DNA from: a virus
Strand: one strand, 5' to 3'
IMG/VR virus record: IMGVR_UViG_3300045988_095776
Location: 15,135 to 79,134 of that record
Length of the DNA stretch: 64,000 bases
Of the stretch, positions 48,730 to 56,549 are shown piece after piece. The translations under genes were made by a program, and so were the position numbers. The notes below the pieces were generated by a model. That model worked only from the letters and a program-made list of their open reading frames with translations. It made no database searches and had not been told where the DNA came from. Every line of letters starts with the position of its first letter. Positions within the stretch are counted from its first letter, which is position 1.

Positions 48730-49415
48730 AAGCAGTGATGATACAAGGGCATATGGACGTCGCCCGGTTTTCAATACTGGGATGGAATGGCAAGCGGGGC
48801 GAAACATACCCGCTTCCGCCTTTCTCTACAGTTGCTGGGATGGTTCATTTTCTTTGCAGGTGGGACAGTTGGCACGGCATGAAAATATCTGTAGCCGGAA
48901 ACGGAGTCATGAACAAGCCAGAAATTTGCATGAGGTGGCGCGGCGGAGCTGTCGCAGGATCAGAGACAGAGGAGTTTAAGCAGCGTTTTCCGGTCAGGGT
49001 AAAATCTGGGGATTCTTTTGTGGGCTGGGTTAATACACCGATTTATGAAAGCATGGTGTCTGATCTGGACTTGAGATTGCATATTATGCCGGAAAATCAG
49101 AAAGAAGTTGATGTGATCTGCAGAAAGATTCTGAATCCCCGGACATTTCCAAGTCTGGGACGGCATGAGGACTTGATAAGAATTGACGACGTGCAGGTTG
49201 TTAACGTTTTGCCAGCACAGGAAATGACGCTTGATATGTGCACTTATGCACCGGCTACGGCAGAAACGCCCGGAACTGTTTACGCAGTTCATAAAGATTA
49301 TACGATCAGCAAGGGAAAGCGAAGATTTAATGATGTTCGAGTGAAATATTTAGATAGAGGAACGAAAGTAATTACAGATTGTGATAATTTAAACAATCCT
49401 TGCTTTTTCATCTGA
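48726..49415 (+). CDS. solitary Cas5-like RAMP protein (tentative)
   Basis: 229 aa. N-terminus VMIQGHMDVARFSILGWNGKRGETYPLPPFSTVAGMV matches the Cas5 N-terminal pattern (F.....TYP.PP.ST..G). Later FPSLGRHEDLIRI. No other cas genes or array were seen. Confidence 0.45.
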   Translation: MKAVMIQGHMDVARFSILGWNGKRGETYPLPPFSTVAGMVHFLCRWDSWHGMKISVAGNGVMNKPEICMRWRGGAVAGSETEEFKQRFPVRVKSGDSFVGWVNTPIYESMVSDLDLRLHIMPENQKEVDVICRKILNPRTFPSLGRHEDLIRIDDVQVVNVLPAQEMTLDMCTYAPATAETPGTVYAVHKDYTISKGKRRFNDVRVKYLDRGTKVITDCDNLNNPCFFI

Positions 49416-49523
49416 TCTATAGTATTATTTAAGCAACAATTACTGATGTAATTGAATGTAAATTTAAAATGGTACTGAATAAGTGCAAATTTTAATATTT
49501 CCATTTTGGAAAGACGCAAAATA

Positions 49524-49553
49524 AGCCCCTGGGAAATAGTCCTGGGGGCTTTT
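49524..49553 (+). terminator. rho-independent terminator
   Basis: AGCCCCTGGGA-aatag-TCCTGGGGGCT, followed by TTT. Confidence 0.6.
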
Positions 49554-49785
49554 GCTGTCTTATTCTGGCGGCGTAACGACGGCGCGGCACTCAGCCGGTA
49601 AACAGCCCCACCGCCGAAGCTGTTATAACACATATATCACAAAACCGCCGAAGTTGTCAAGCAAAATTTTTTTATTTTGGGACTTGATTTTTAAAACCGA
49701 TGTGGATAAAATAAAAAATAACGACAGGCGACGGAACTCAGGACGGGAGCTGCAAGCCAGAGCGTGAAAAAAATATTGATTAATC

Positions 49786-49828
49786 AGCCAGATCAAGCCG
49801 GACAAAGTACCGGAAGGTCTGGCTTTTT
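49786..49828 (+). terminator. rho-independent terminator
   Basis: AGCCAGA...TCTGGCT with an inner CCGG/CCGG helix, followed by TTTTT. Confidence 0.6.
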
Positions 49829-50206
49829 GTGTTTAATAGCCAGAAAATGACCGTATTACATAACGTATAAGTATATAATAACTGGTTTTATAAACCCGTC
49901 CTAGATTCCAGAGACCTAGAGTTTATTAATATATATGCTATACAGTACTGTATAGATATATAGAGTTAATAAGAGTAATGTAACGGTAAAAATAAAATTA
50001 AATAGACTGTTGACAGTGATATAAAAGTATGATAAAACAGAGTTAACAATTGAATAAGCCGAAAGGCAATAAGAGATAATAAGACTATTTAAGACGATTA
50101 AAACCGAGCAGATCGGAAAGAAGAAAGGGATTTAGAAAGGTCCCGGAATGTATCTGCGAACGTGTTTTGTCGTCTTTTTTTATTTCAATTTTTGGGAGGT
50201 GATACA

Positions 50207-50815
50207 GTGAAAAAGAGTAATACAACAGTAACAGAACAGGGAATAGAAGTATATGAGAATGATATATACAGGCTTGTGGATGAATATATAAACACTGTGT
50301 TACAAGTAACTCCTGAAGAATTTGATACACAGAAAGAATATAAAGCTACTGTTGCTGATAGTTTTGTTGATATGATCTTTTATATTGCTGATAGAATACC
50401 GAAGCCAAGTAATGATGATATAGAGTTACTGGATAATATATTTAATATATTTGTCAGGGTATGTAGTAAATACAATGTGTTACCGACATTAGAAGTATTT
50501 AGCTTTTTAGTTAATATTAATCGGTCAACATTTAGTGATTGGATGCGTGGGGACTATAGAACAAGCTCAACGCATGGCACCACGGTTAAAAAATGGTTCG
50601 ATGTCTGCAAGAATTGTACAGTCAATAGATTGAATAACCAGCCTGGCACAAATGCCAACTTGATTTTTGTTGCAAAAGCAGCCTACGGAATGGCAGAGAC
50701 AGCACCAGTTCAGACAGCACAGCAGGACGGCATACCACACCAGACAGCGCAGCAGATCGCAGATAAACACAGGGCGGCGCTGGAGCTTCCAGAGATGGAA
50801 AGACCGGAGCTGTAA
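50207..50815 (+). CDS. terminase small subunit-like DNA-binding protein (tentative)
   Basis: GTG after GGGAGGTG. The HTH-like LEVFSFLVNINRSTFSDWMRG and NLIFVAKAAYGM resemble TerS proteins. It lies 9 kb from TerL. Confidence 0.4.
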   Translation: MKKSNTTVTEQGIEVYENDIYRLVDEYINTVLQVTPEEFDTQKEYKATVADSFVDMIFYIADRIPKPSNDDIELLDNIFNIFVRVCSKYNVLPTLEVFSFLVNINRSTFSDWMRGDYRTSSTHGTTVKKWFDVCKNCTVNRLNNQPGTNANLIFVAKAAYGMAETAPVQTAQQDGIPHQTAQQIADKHRAALELPEMERPEL

Positions 50816-51274
50816 CAGAATAAAAGCCCAGAAATGTACATGAGCGACGGACAAACAGCCAAGAAATAAGGATAATTAGTGAAGATTATGCAGTATGTAC
50901 ATATATACAGTTTTAAATTGTGCAATATGTATATCAATCTATATAAAAAACTGTTGTTTTTCTTATAGATGTAATATTCTGACAATTATCTGCTATATAT
51001 TTCATCCTTGACCACTGCCGCAGGCTATTAAAGGTCAGCGTCCGGCATGGATACCGGGGAGGGGGTGTATATAAGCCCCAGCACACACCGAGTGAGTACT
51101 CCGAGTTCCCGAAAAATTAAAAAAGCCTCCTCTAACAGCAAGGCTTAAAAATTCCAAAAAAACAAAAAAAGAGTTCACCATGGCAGAGATAGTGATTGCA
51201 ACACGATAAGCCATAAGCCTTAATGGTTTCTCTGCCATAAACAACAAGGCGATATCAGAAAGGCAGGTATAAAT

Positions 51275-51664
51275 ATGAAAATAGGATATGCAAAAGAGTC
51301 AGGCATTTGGTTTCCATTGTCTGCAAAGAAAAAGATACTTTTGAACGAAGAAATTGACACATTTGTTTGCGACTCAATAGATGAAAATAATAATTTCGAA
51401 CATCTTTGTGAAAAAATGAGAAATGGTGATTCTTTGATTATTTGCGGAGTTGATGACATTGGAAATACCAAGGATGAAATCGAAGAAACATGGAGACGAC
51501 TCCGTGATTTGAATATTGAAATTTATGTGCTTACAGCTCCGATGTTGTTTCAGAGAGAAAACATGACGTTAGAAGAATCATTTATAAGAGACTTGTCGCT
51601 TAGCGTACTTGCTTCTCAGGTTGAAATTGCTAATCAGAAATTAAAAGCAATAAATGATTTATGA
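51275..51664 (+). CDS. resolvase N-terminal-domain-like protein without a DNA-binding domain
   Basis: MKIGYAKES aligns with MKIGYARVS. DDIGN replaces the usual DRLGR arginines. Confidence 0.45.
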   Translation: MKIGYAKESGIWFPLSAKKKILLNEEIDTFVCDSIDENNNFEHLCEKMRNGDSLIICGVDDIGNTKDEIEETWRRLRDLNIEIYVLTAPMLFQRENMTLEESFIRDLSLSVLASQVEIANQKLKAINDL

Positions 51665-51698
51665 TAACCATTTACATTCACAGAAGGGTAGGAACAAG

Positions 51699-51911
51699 AT
51701 GGAGAAAATAGTAAACAACGATGGATATCTTCGGTCAGGGCTGATGGATATTGCTAGACAGTTGCTGAATATCTGTAGCGAAACTGGTGTTTCTAATATT
51801 CAGATAGCCACATCACCTTGGAAAGAAGGTGAAGGGATTACACTTTTAGCAAAAGCTGATGATAAACCAATCCTTTCAGTAAAGATGGACACTGCCTATG
51901 AAAAAGAATAA
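51699..51911 (+). CDS. hypothetical protein
   Basis: ATG 51699 after AGGGTAGGAACAAG. Confidence 0.4.
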   Translation: MEKIVNNDGYLRSGLMDIARQLLNICSETGVSNIQIATSPWKEGEGITLLAKADDKPILSVKMDTAYEKE

Positions 51912-52047
51912 CCCACAAGGCGAATCAATCCGAATCCGGCTTACAGGACAGCTAGAACGAAAGCTCATAGCCGAAAAGAATCGAACCGGTAAAAGCGTAT
52001 CGCAGATCACAAGGGAAGCCCTGGCAGAATATTTTCGGAGAAGGTAG
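51898..52047 (+). CDS. RHH (CopG-like) protein, 49 aa
   Basis: ESIRIRLTGQLERKLIAEKNRTGKSVSQITREALAEYF. Confidence 0.5.
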   Translation: MKKNNPQGESIRIRLTGQLERKLIAEKNRTGKSVSQITREALAEYFRRR

Positions 52048-52051
52048 GCAA

Positions 52052-52501
52052 ATGTCGATACTTAAAAAATTTTTAAAAAATAAAAAAGGCGGTTTTGCCC
52101 TTCAGGATGAAAATTATCATCCGCTTGAAAAACCTTTAATGCATGACAAGGTGTATGAATATCATCACGAGAAAGCTGTTCTGGAGGATGAAAAGCTGTA
52201 TGACACAGAATCAGCGAAAAAAGTTTTTACATACGAATCAAGTCTGGAATATATCACATTATGTAGAGCAAAACGCAGAGCTTATTTCACAACCCCTCAT
52301 GGGAATTGGTTTTCTGCTGAAGAAGAAGTTGAGACTGAAAGTAGAATCACTGATGTTGGAAGCTATTGTATACAGGCTACAAAAACCATTTACACATACA
52401 GTGATCTTCGAATGGAACAAGAAGCTACAGTTAAAGTTCTGATCGGCAAAAATGATTATGAATTGTACAAGAAATATTTTGGGGAGGTAGAAGAAGCATG
52501 A
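52052..52501 (+). CDS. hypothetical protein
   Basis: 149 aa. Confidence 0.5.
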   Translation: MSILKKFLKNKKGGFALQDENYHPLEKPLMHDKVYEYHHEKAVLEDEKLYDTESAKKVFTYESSLEYITLCRAKRRAYFTTPHGNWFSAEEEVETESRITDVGSYCIQATKTIYTYSDLRMEQEATVKVLIGKNDYELYKKYFGEVEEA

Positions 52502-52821
52502 TTTCGGAAGAATACAGTGAACACTTTGATGAACTTCGCAAGAATCGAGTCGAGGTAAGCTATCATAAATACGGTCCTGCCAGGAAGAATTTTAAAACCG
52601 GGAACGTGCAGGCGCTTCAGTCCATGGAACGGTGTATTGAGAAATATAATTCTACCGGAAACACAGAATATCTCGTGGATGCAGCAAATTACCTCATGTT
52701 CGAGTTTATGTACCCGCAGCATCCTAAAGCACACTTCAAAGCTACAGACAGCAAGGATAGCGCCGGGATAGTCGGAATCAGCGTAAAGGAAATGGAGGAA
52801 TTGATGAATGAACAATACTAA
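52498..52821 (+). CDS. hypothetical protein, MazG/NTP-pyrophosphohydrolase-like (weak)
   Basis: KYGPARKN...EYLVDAANYLMFEF pattern. Confidence 0.35.
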   Translation: MISEEYSEHFDELRKNRVEVSYHKYGPARKNFKTGNVQALQSMERCIEKYNSTGNTEYLVDAANYLMFEFMYPQHPKAHFKATDSKDSAGIVGISVKEMEELMNEQY

Positions 52822-53017
52822 CTCTGTAACTGTTACGTACGCAGTAGCCATTTTAAGGCACGAACTTCTTACACATGGAGAAGTTTACAATGGTTTCAAA
52901 GCAAGCCTTAAAACAGCAATTGAGAAGTACTGTACATGCGGACTGCCATTCGATCCAGAAGAAGAAACTGCCGGTAAGATTCTTGATTTTATGATCGGAG
53001 AGGAACAGAAAGAATGA
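52808..53017 (+). CDS. hypothetical protein
   Basis: 69 aa. Confidence 0.4.
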   Translation: MNNTNSVTVTYAVAILRHELLTHGEVYNGFKASLKTAIEKYCTCGLPFDPEEETAGKILDFMIGEEQKE

Positions 53018-53190
53018 TTCTTGCAAAATTTGTAGCAGCCATGTTGGATATTGCATTTTTTACATTGGTTTTAGCATTTCTTATATCACAGGACGAAACC
53101 GAAAAGAAAGGCAATCCAATAGCGACGGCAGTATTTATATTAATGGAAATATGTTTCGCGGTTAATGCAGTTGTGATTTTTATGTTATAA
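53014..53190 (+). CDS. small two-TM membrane protein (58 aa; holin-like candidate)
   Basis: MILAKFVAAMLDIAFFTLVLAFLIS...AVFILMEICFAVNAVVIFML. Confidence 0.4.
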   Translation: MILAKFVAAMLDIAFFTLVLAFLISQDETEKKGNPIATAVFILMEICFAVNAVVIFML

Positions 53191-53200
53191 GGAGAACCCA

Positions 53201-53338
53201 ATGTGGTTAGCATTCACAATACAAATTCCCCTGTTCACCATACTGATTGAACGGGTGAAAATACAAGAAAAGCAGAAGCCTGTCGTTCTCAGGTTCGGGA
53301 AAGCCTTTGAATCTGACAGGTCGAGGCATCCAGAGTAG
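53201..53338 (+). CDS. small membrane protein (45 aa)
   Basis: GGAGAA RBS. MWLAFTIQIPLFTILI. Confidence 0.3.
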   Translation: MWLAFTIQIPLFTILIERVKIQEKQKPVVLRFGKAFESDRSRHPE

Positions 53339-53506
53339 CTTAGGTCTGCGTCAGTGAAATACAATTTCCCAAAGTAACTGGCGCGGACTTAACGATACAA
53401 ATATAGCCATGATGCTTTCTACAACCACCAGAATATATCACGTTTCCGGGAACGCCAACCCGGAAATCAATGGGCTATCGCCAAGCGGTAAGGCACAGGT
53501 GAATAC

Positions 53507-53992
53507 ATGACAAAAGAATTGATATACGATGGCAAAACATACATAAATTTTCTCATTGATGAAAATGGAAATGTATTAAACAGTAAAACAAAAAGAATTT
53601 TAAAAAAGTCAATTTTCAAAGATGGATATTATCATATAACATTGCCAATGGGAAAAAGAGGAAAAGTGAAATCAATCAGACTTCATAAAGCTGTTGCAGA
53701 AACATTTATTCCAAATCCTCAAAAATATTCAATCGTTCATCATAAAGATGAAAATAAATTAAATTGTTGTTGCGAAAATCTCGAATGGACAGATTCAAAA
53801 ACAAATACTCAATATCATTTAAAAAAATTAAGCGAAATAACGGATTATTATAATAATCGAAAGCTTGCAGAAGATGATGTTAAATACATAAGAAAAAATA
53901 AAGGGATAATAAGTTCGAGAGAATTAGCAAAAATATTTAATGTTTCTAAAACTACAATTTTAAACGCTCAAAATTATAAGCTGTACAATTGA
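53507..53992 (+). CDS. HNH homing endonuclease (NUMOD4-like N-terminus, C-terminal HTH)
   Basis: RLHKAVAETFIPNP...VHHKDENKLNCCCENLEWTDSKTN. The ATG lies 6 nt after the tRNA anticodon-stem strand, whose AGGTGA serves as the SD. Confidence 0.8.
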   Translation: MTKELIYDGKTYINFLIDENGNVLNSKTKRILKKSIFKDGYYHITLPMGKRGKVKSIRLHKAVAETFIPNPQKYSIVHHKDENKLNCCCENLEWTDSKTNTQYHLKKLSEITDYYNNRKLAEDDVKYIRKNKGIISSRELAKIFNVSKTTILNAQNYKLYN

Positions 53993-54005
53993 TATTAAGA
54001 ATTAT

Positions 54006-54081
54006 TGGGGGTTGGCGAAGCGGATTAACGCATCGGTCTTTGACGCCGACATTTTCATCAGTTCAAATCTGATACCCCCAG
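54006..54081 (+). tRNA. tRNA-Gln (anticodon TTG)
   Basis: Cloverleaf by hand:
- Acceptor TGGGGGT/ACCCCCA (U1-A72), with G73.
- Anticodon arm TCGGT-CTTTGAC-GCCGA.
- T arm ATCAG-TTCAAAT-CTGAT.
- Unusual 7-nt variable loop. Confidence 0.7.
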
Positions 54082-54316
54082 TAACATTCACCTGTATTCG
54101 CTGGTTCGAATCCAGCTAGCCCAGCTGACTGTATCTTGTGCATGGTATAGTTCCTCTGAAATACCATCTATCCCATCAGGGGATGAATAAAGGGGCTTCA
54201 AACGTCCCGGATGGTTTCCACATTTTGTGGAGCAGCGGACCCTTTGTTGCGACTGCGAGGGCAAGAATCGCAACAGCAGAGGAAGTTACTCTTGAACTGC
54301 AATAACCCTCTGCTTA

Positions 54317-54389
54317 GGAAACTTAGTTCAGTTGGTAGAACGGTCGGCTCATAACCGACAAGTCACAGGTTCAAGTCCTGTAGTTTCCA
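54317..54389 (+). tRNA. tRNA-Met or tRNA-Ile2 (anticodon CAT)
   Basis: Perfect cloverleaf: GGAAACT TA GTTC AGTTGGTA GAAC G GTCGG CTCATAA CCGAC AAGTC ACAGG TTCAAGT CCTGT AGTTTCC A. Confidence 0.85.
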
Positions 54390-54940
54390 TTTCTTCCATA
54401 TGATGTCTATCCGTTTTATGGACAGAAAAAACTGTTGAATGAGTGTATGTGGATTATTTTCATGAAAGGTGTGTAACGGCACAGCCTGTTCGATGAAGAT
54501 AATTCCCCGTTCGGCACAGTCTCCGAGTTAAATTGTCGTCAATAAGCGCGCATTGAGGGCAGGAAGTTTTCAAGAGACATATAAAAGGTTTTGTTGTTAT
54601 ACACAAAGACATTAATATCCAAATCCGAAAACAACTCCGTGGGGCATACCACGGTTACCAAAAAGCCGTCAGGTTGGCAAAAATACGATAGTCCAAGTTA
54701 TGAAAAATTGCCTAGTGGAAAGCATAACACGAAAAAATCATTGCTAACCCGGAACAATCTCCGGGTTCTGGGGGAATAATACCATAAGGGGCAGAGGGCT
54801 GATTAACAGTACCATGGCGGTTCAACTCCGCATTCTCCCATTATCCAATCTGTAAATATTGGATATGAGGAAGCTGTCCGAGATGTAAGAAACAGTCGGC
54901 TTGTGGATTGCCGGTACAAATACGCTAAAAATCCACACAT
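54390..54940 (+). ncRNA. ORF-free helix-rich 551-nt spacer: candidate large structured RNA
   Basis: No credible ORF. Many local hairpins plus a 9-bp long-range pairing (54469-54477 with 54597-54605). Bounded by tRNAs. Confidence 0.35.
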
Positions 54941-55012
54941 GGCAGGATAGAGAAGTGGAATCTCGCAAGGCTCATAACCTTGAGATCGGCGGTTCAAATC
55001 CGCCTCCTGCTA
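54941..55012 (+). tRNA. tRNA-Met or tRNA-Ile2 (anticodon CAT), second copy with a different sequence
   Basis: GGCAGGA TA GAGA AGTGGAA TCTC G CAAGG CTCATAA CCTTG AGATC GGCGG TTCAAAT CCGCC TCCTGCT A, with G1-U72. Confidence 0.8.
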
Positions 55013-55549
55013 TTTTCAAACATGGTTAACTCAGTGCAGATAGATTTTTCAGTCTAGCTGAGATGCAGAGTTATATGAGATAGAGTAGTTCGGGATACTG
55101 GGCTATCAACTATCTTTCTGGCAGGAGCGATTCTGCCAGAGGAGGAAGAAACTTCCAATACACCTTGTAGTGTATCATCATAAAGAGACCAAAAGCAGAA
55201 TCCTTGTGGTCAGTGTATAATAGACGCTTGCGGTGCAAGAATAATCCGTTGATGTGAGGGGTGTGAGAGACCACGGACTAGGCGGAAATCTCATTAAGCT
55301 GATTTGCCTTGAACCTGAGAAATCGGGGTATAACACAAGAGATTCGTTAGAGTAGCGGTATGGCATTTCATTCATAAGGGAAAACTTCTGAAAGAACCGT
55401 GAAATTTGTGGGTGACATTCCCATTTGTGCTTGACCGCGGTAAGAAGCTCAGGGTCGCTCCCGAAGGCTCAGACTTATCGTCACAGTGGCTGAATATGGT
55501 TGCAAGTATGATGGATAAGGGGAAACCCTAATCATGTTTGAATAGTTGA
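55013..55549 (+). ncRNA. ORF-free helix-rich 537-nt spacer: candidate large structured RNA
   Basis: No credible ORF. Hairpins at 55119-55139 and 55143-55155. Long-range GTGGTC/GACCAC pairing (55205-55210 with 55269-55274). Bounded by tRNAs. Confidence 0.35.
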
Positions 55550-55634
55550 GCTGACGTACCGAAATGGTTATAACGGCGTAGTCTTGAAAACTAATGTGGT
55601 GAAAGCCCTGTAGGTTCGAATCCTACCGTCAGCG
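55550..55634 (+). tRNA. tRNA-Ser (anticodon TGA), class II
   Basis: - Acceptor GCTGACG/CGTCAGC.
- 3-bp D stem.
- Anticodon loop CTTGAAA.
- 15-nt variable arm.
- T arm GTAGG-TTCGAAT-CCTAC. Confidence 0.7.
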
Positions 55635-55638
55635 TTAT

Positions 55639-55719
55639 GGTGCATTGCTGTAATGGTATCAGAGTAGGTTGCTAACCTATCCAACAGAAATGTTGTACAC
55701 GTTCGATTCCTGCCTTTCC
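55639..55719 (+). pseudogene. tRNA-Ser(GCT)-like fragment with defective T stem and acceptor
   Basis: The D arm CTG-TAATGGTAT-CAG, the anticodon arm GTAGG-TTGCTAA-CCTAT and the variable arm CAACA-GAAA-TGTTG are fine. The T stem and 3' acceptor do not pair. Confidence 0.3.
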
Positions 55720-55755
55720 GATTCCAATGAACTGCAATCATTGGAATCTTTTTTT
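55720..55755 (+). terminator. rho-independent terminator closing the tRNA cluster
   Basis: GATTCCAATGA-actgcaa-TCATTGGAATC followed by TTTTTTT. Confidence 0.8.
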
Positions 55756-55883
55756 CTTACTTCGTTCGGTTCCAGTGTTTCTCGTTGGGAGATTTATGCC
55801 GTTCAAGTCGGCGCACTGGACTTTTTTAATTAAGGAGATGTCTATGGACACAAAAGGATATAAATGTTGGGAGGAGAACAAGC

Positions 55884-56093
55884 ATGAGTGATTTGTCTGA
55901 ACTTATTAATAGAGGCGGTCTTATTGATGATTTTAAGATAAAAGAGTTAGAAGATGAGCAAACGCCCATAGACCCTATAAAGGTAGCAAACTGGTTGATT
56001 GATCGCGGATTAAAAAATGGAATCCGATTATACGGAAAAAGTGAACTTAGACAAATTGCCAAACACCTTTTAATTTATTGTGGGGACGAATAA
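55884..56093 (+). CDS. hypothetical protein
   Basis: 69 aa with a GGGAGGAG RBS. Confidence 0.5.
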   Translation: MSDLSELINRGGLIDDFKIKELEDEQTPIDPIKVANWLIDRGLKNGIRLYGKSELRQIAKHLLIYCGDE

Positions 56094-56254
56094 TGCAAAT
56101 AGCAGGAAAAGAAATCAAAGACGAGTGTTCCAGATGCGGAAATATCCTCGAATGCGAATTGTTCCGTCAGGGGCATGGAATAAAACAGGAACGTGAGAAT
56201 GTAGCGAAGATGATTGAGTGCCAGATGAAACATAGGGAAGACAGGGAGAAATGA
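56093..56254 (+). CDS. small Cys-containing protein (53 aa)
   Basis: ATG overlaps the previous stop. Confidence 0.35.
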   Translation: MQIAGKEIKDECSRCGNILECELFRQGHGIKQERENVAKMIECQMKHREDREK

Positions 56255-56258
56255 GATT

Positions 56259-56543
56259 ATGGAAAATGATTTATTGTTACGAGATAAACGTAAATGTCCA
56301 CTTTGTGGAGGAACGGTAATCAATACAGGAGTGGATATCTTTGGCGGCGACGTAGATGCTGCAGGTTTGAGAACTGATGCAGAATGGATTTGTACAAACT
56401 GCAAAACTGAATTTAATAGTGAATTTTGTCTCGAATCTGATAGGATTAAGACGATTTATAACGCAAAGGCCACATTACTTGATAAAAAAGATTGTCAACC
56501 TAACTTTCTTGGAGAGTCAAGCACTAATAGAGGAATGTGGTGA
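56259..56543 (+). CDS. Zn-ribbon protein
   Basis: CPLCGG...CTNCKT. Confidence 0.45.
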   Translation: MENDLLLRDKRKCPLCGGTVINTGVDIFGGDVDAAGLRTDAEWICTNCKTEFNSEFCLESDRIKTIYNAKATLLDKKDCQPNFLGESSTNRGMW

Positions 56544-56549
56544 TATAAA

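Larger units (their letters stand above)
53471..54124 (+). pseudogene. Gln-type tRNA gene split in the anticodon loop by a 589-nt insert
   Basis: - The 5' half (53471-53500) is TGGGCTA TC GCCAAGCGGTAAGGC A CAGGT.
- The 3' half (54090-54124) is ACCTG TATTC GCTGG TTCGAAT CCAGC TAGCCCA G.
- All stems pair, but no anticodon loop is present. Confidence 0.7.

Noticed and set aside
49430-49520. A solitary CRISPR repeat or mini-array downstream of the Cas5-like gene
   Set aside because: I could not find a second copy of any 25-35-nt unit, so a repeat cannot be supported by eye. It is left as something to test.
53501-54089. The insert in the split tRNA as a classical ORF-containing group I intron
   Set aside because: Outside the HNH ORF and the nested tRNA-Gln only about 27 nt remain, too few for a ribozyme core. 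Neither flank resembles an anticodon loop.
54770-54840. A 71-nt element with an acceptor-like stem (GGGGGAA/TTCTCCC) and a T-arm-like GGCGGTTCAACTCCGC, considered as a tRNA
   Set aside because: No D arm or 5-bp anticodon stem with a 7-nt loop can be drawn. It is kept only as part of the structured spacer.
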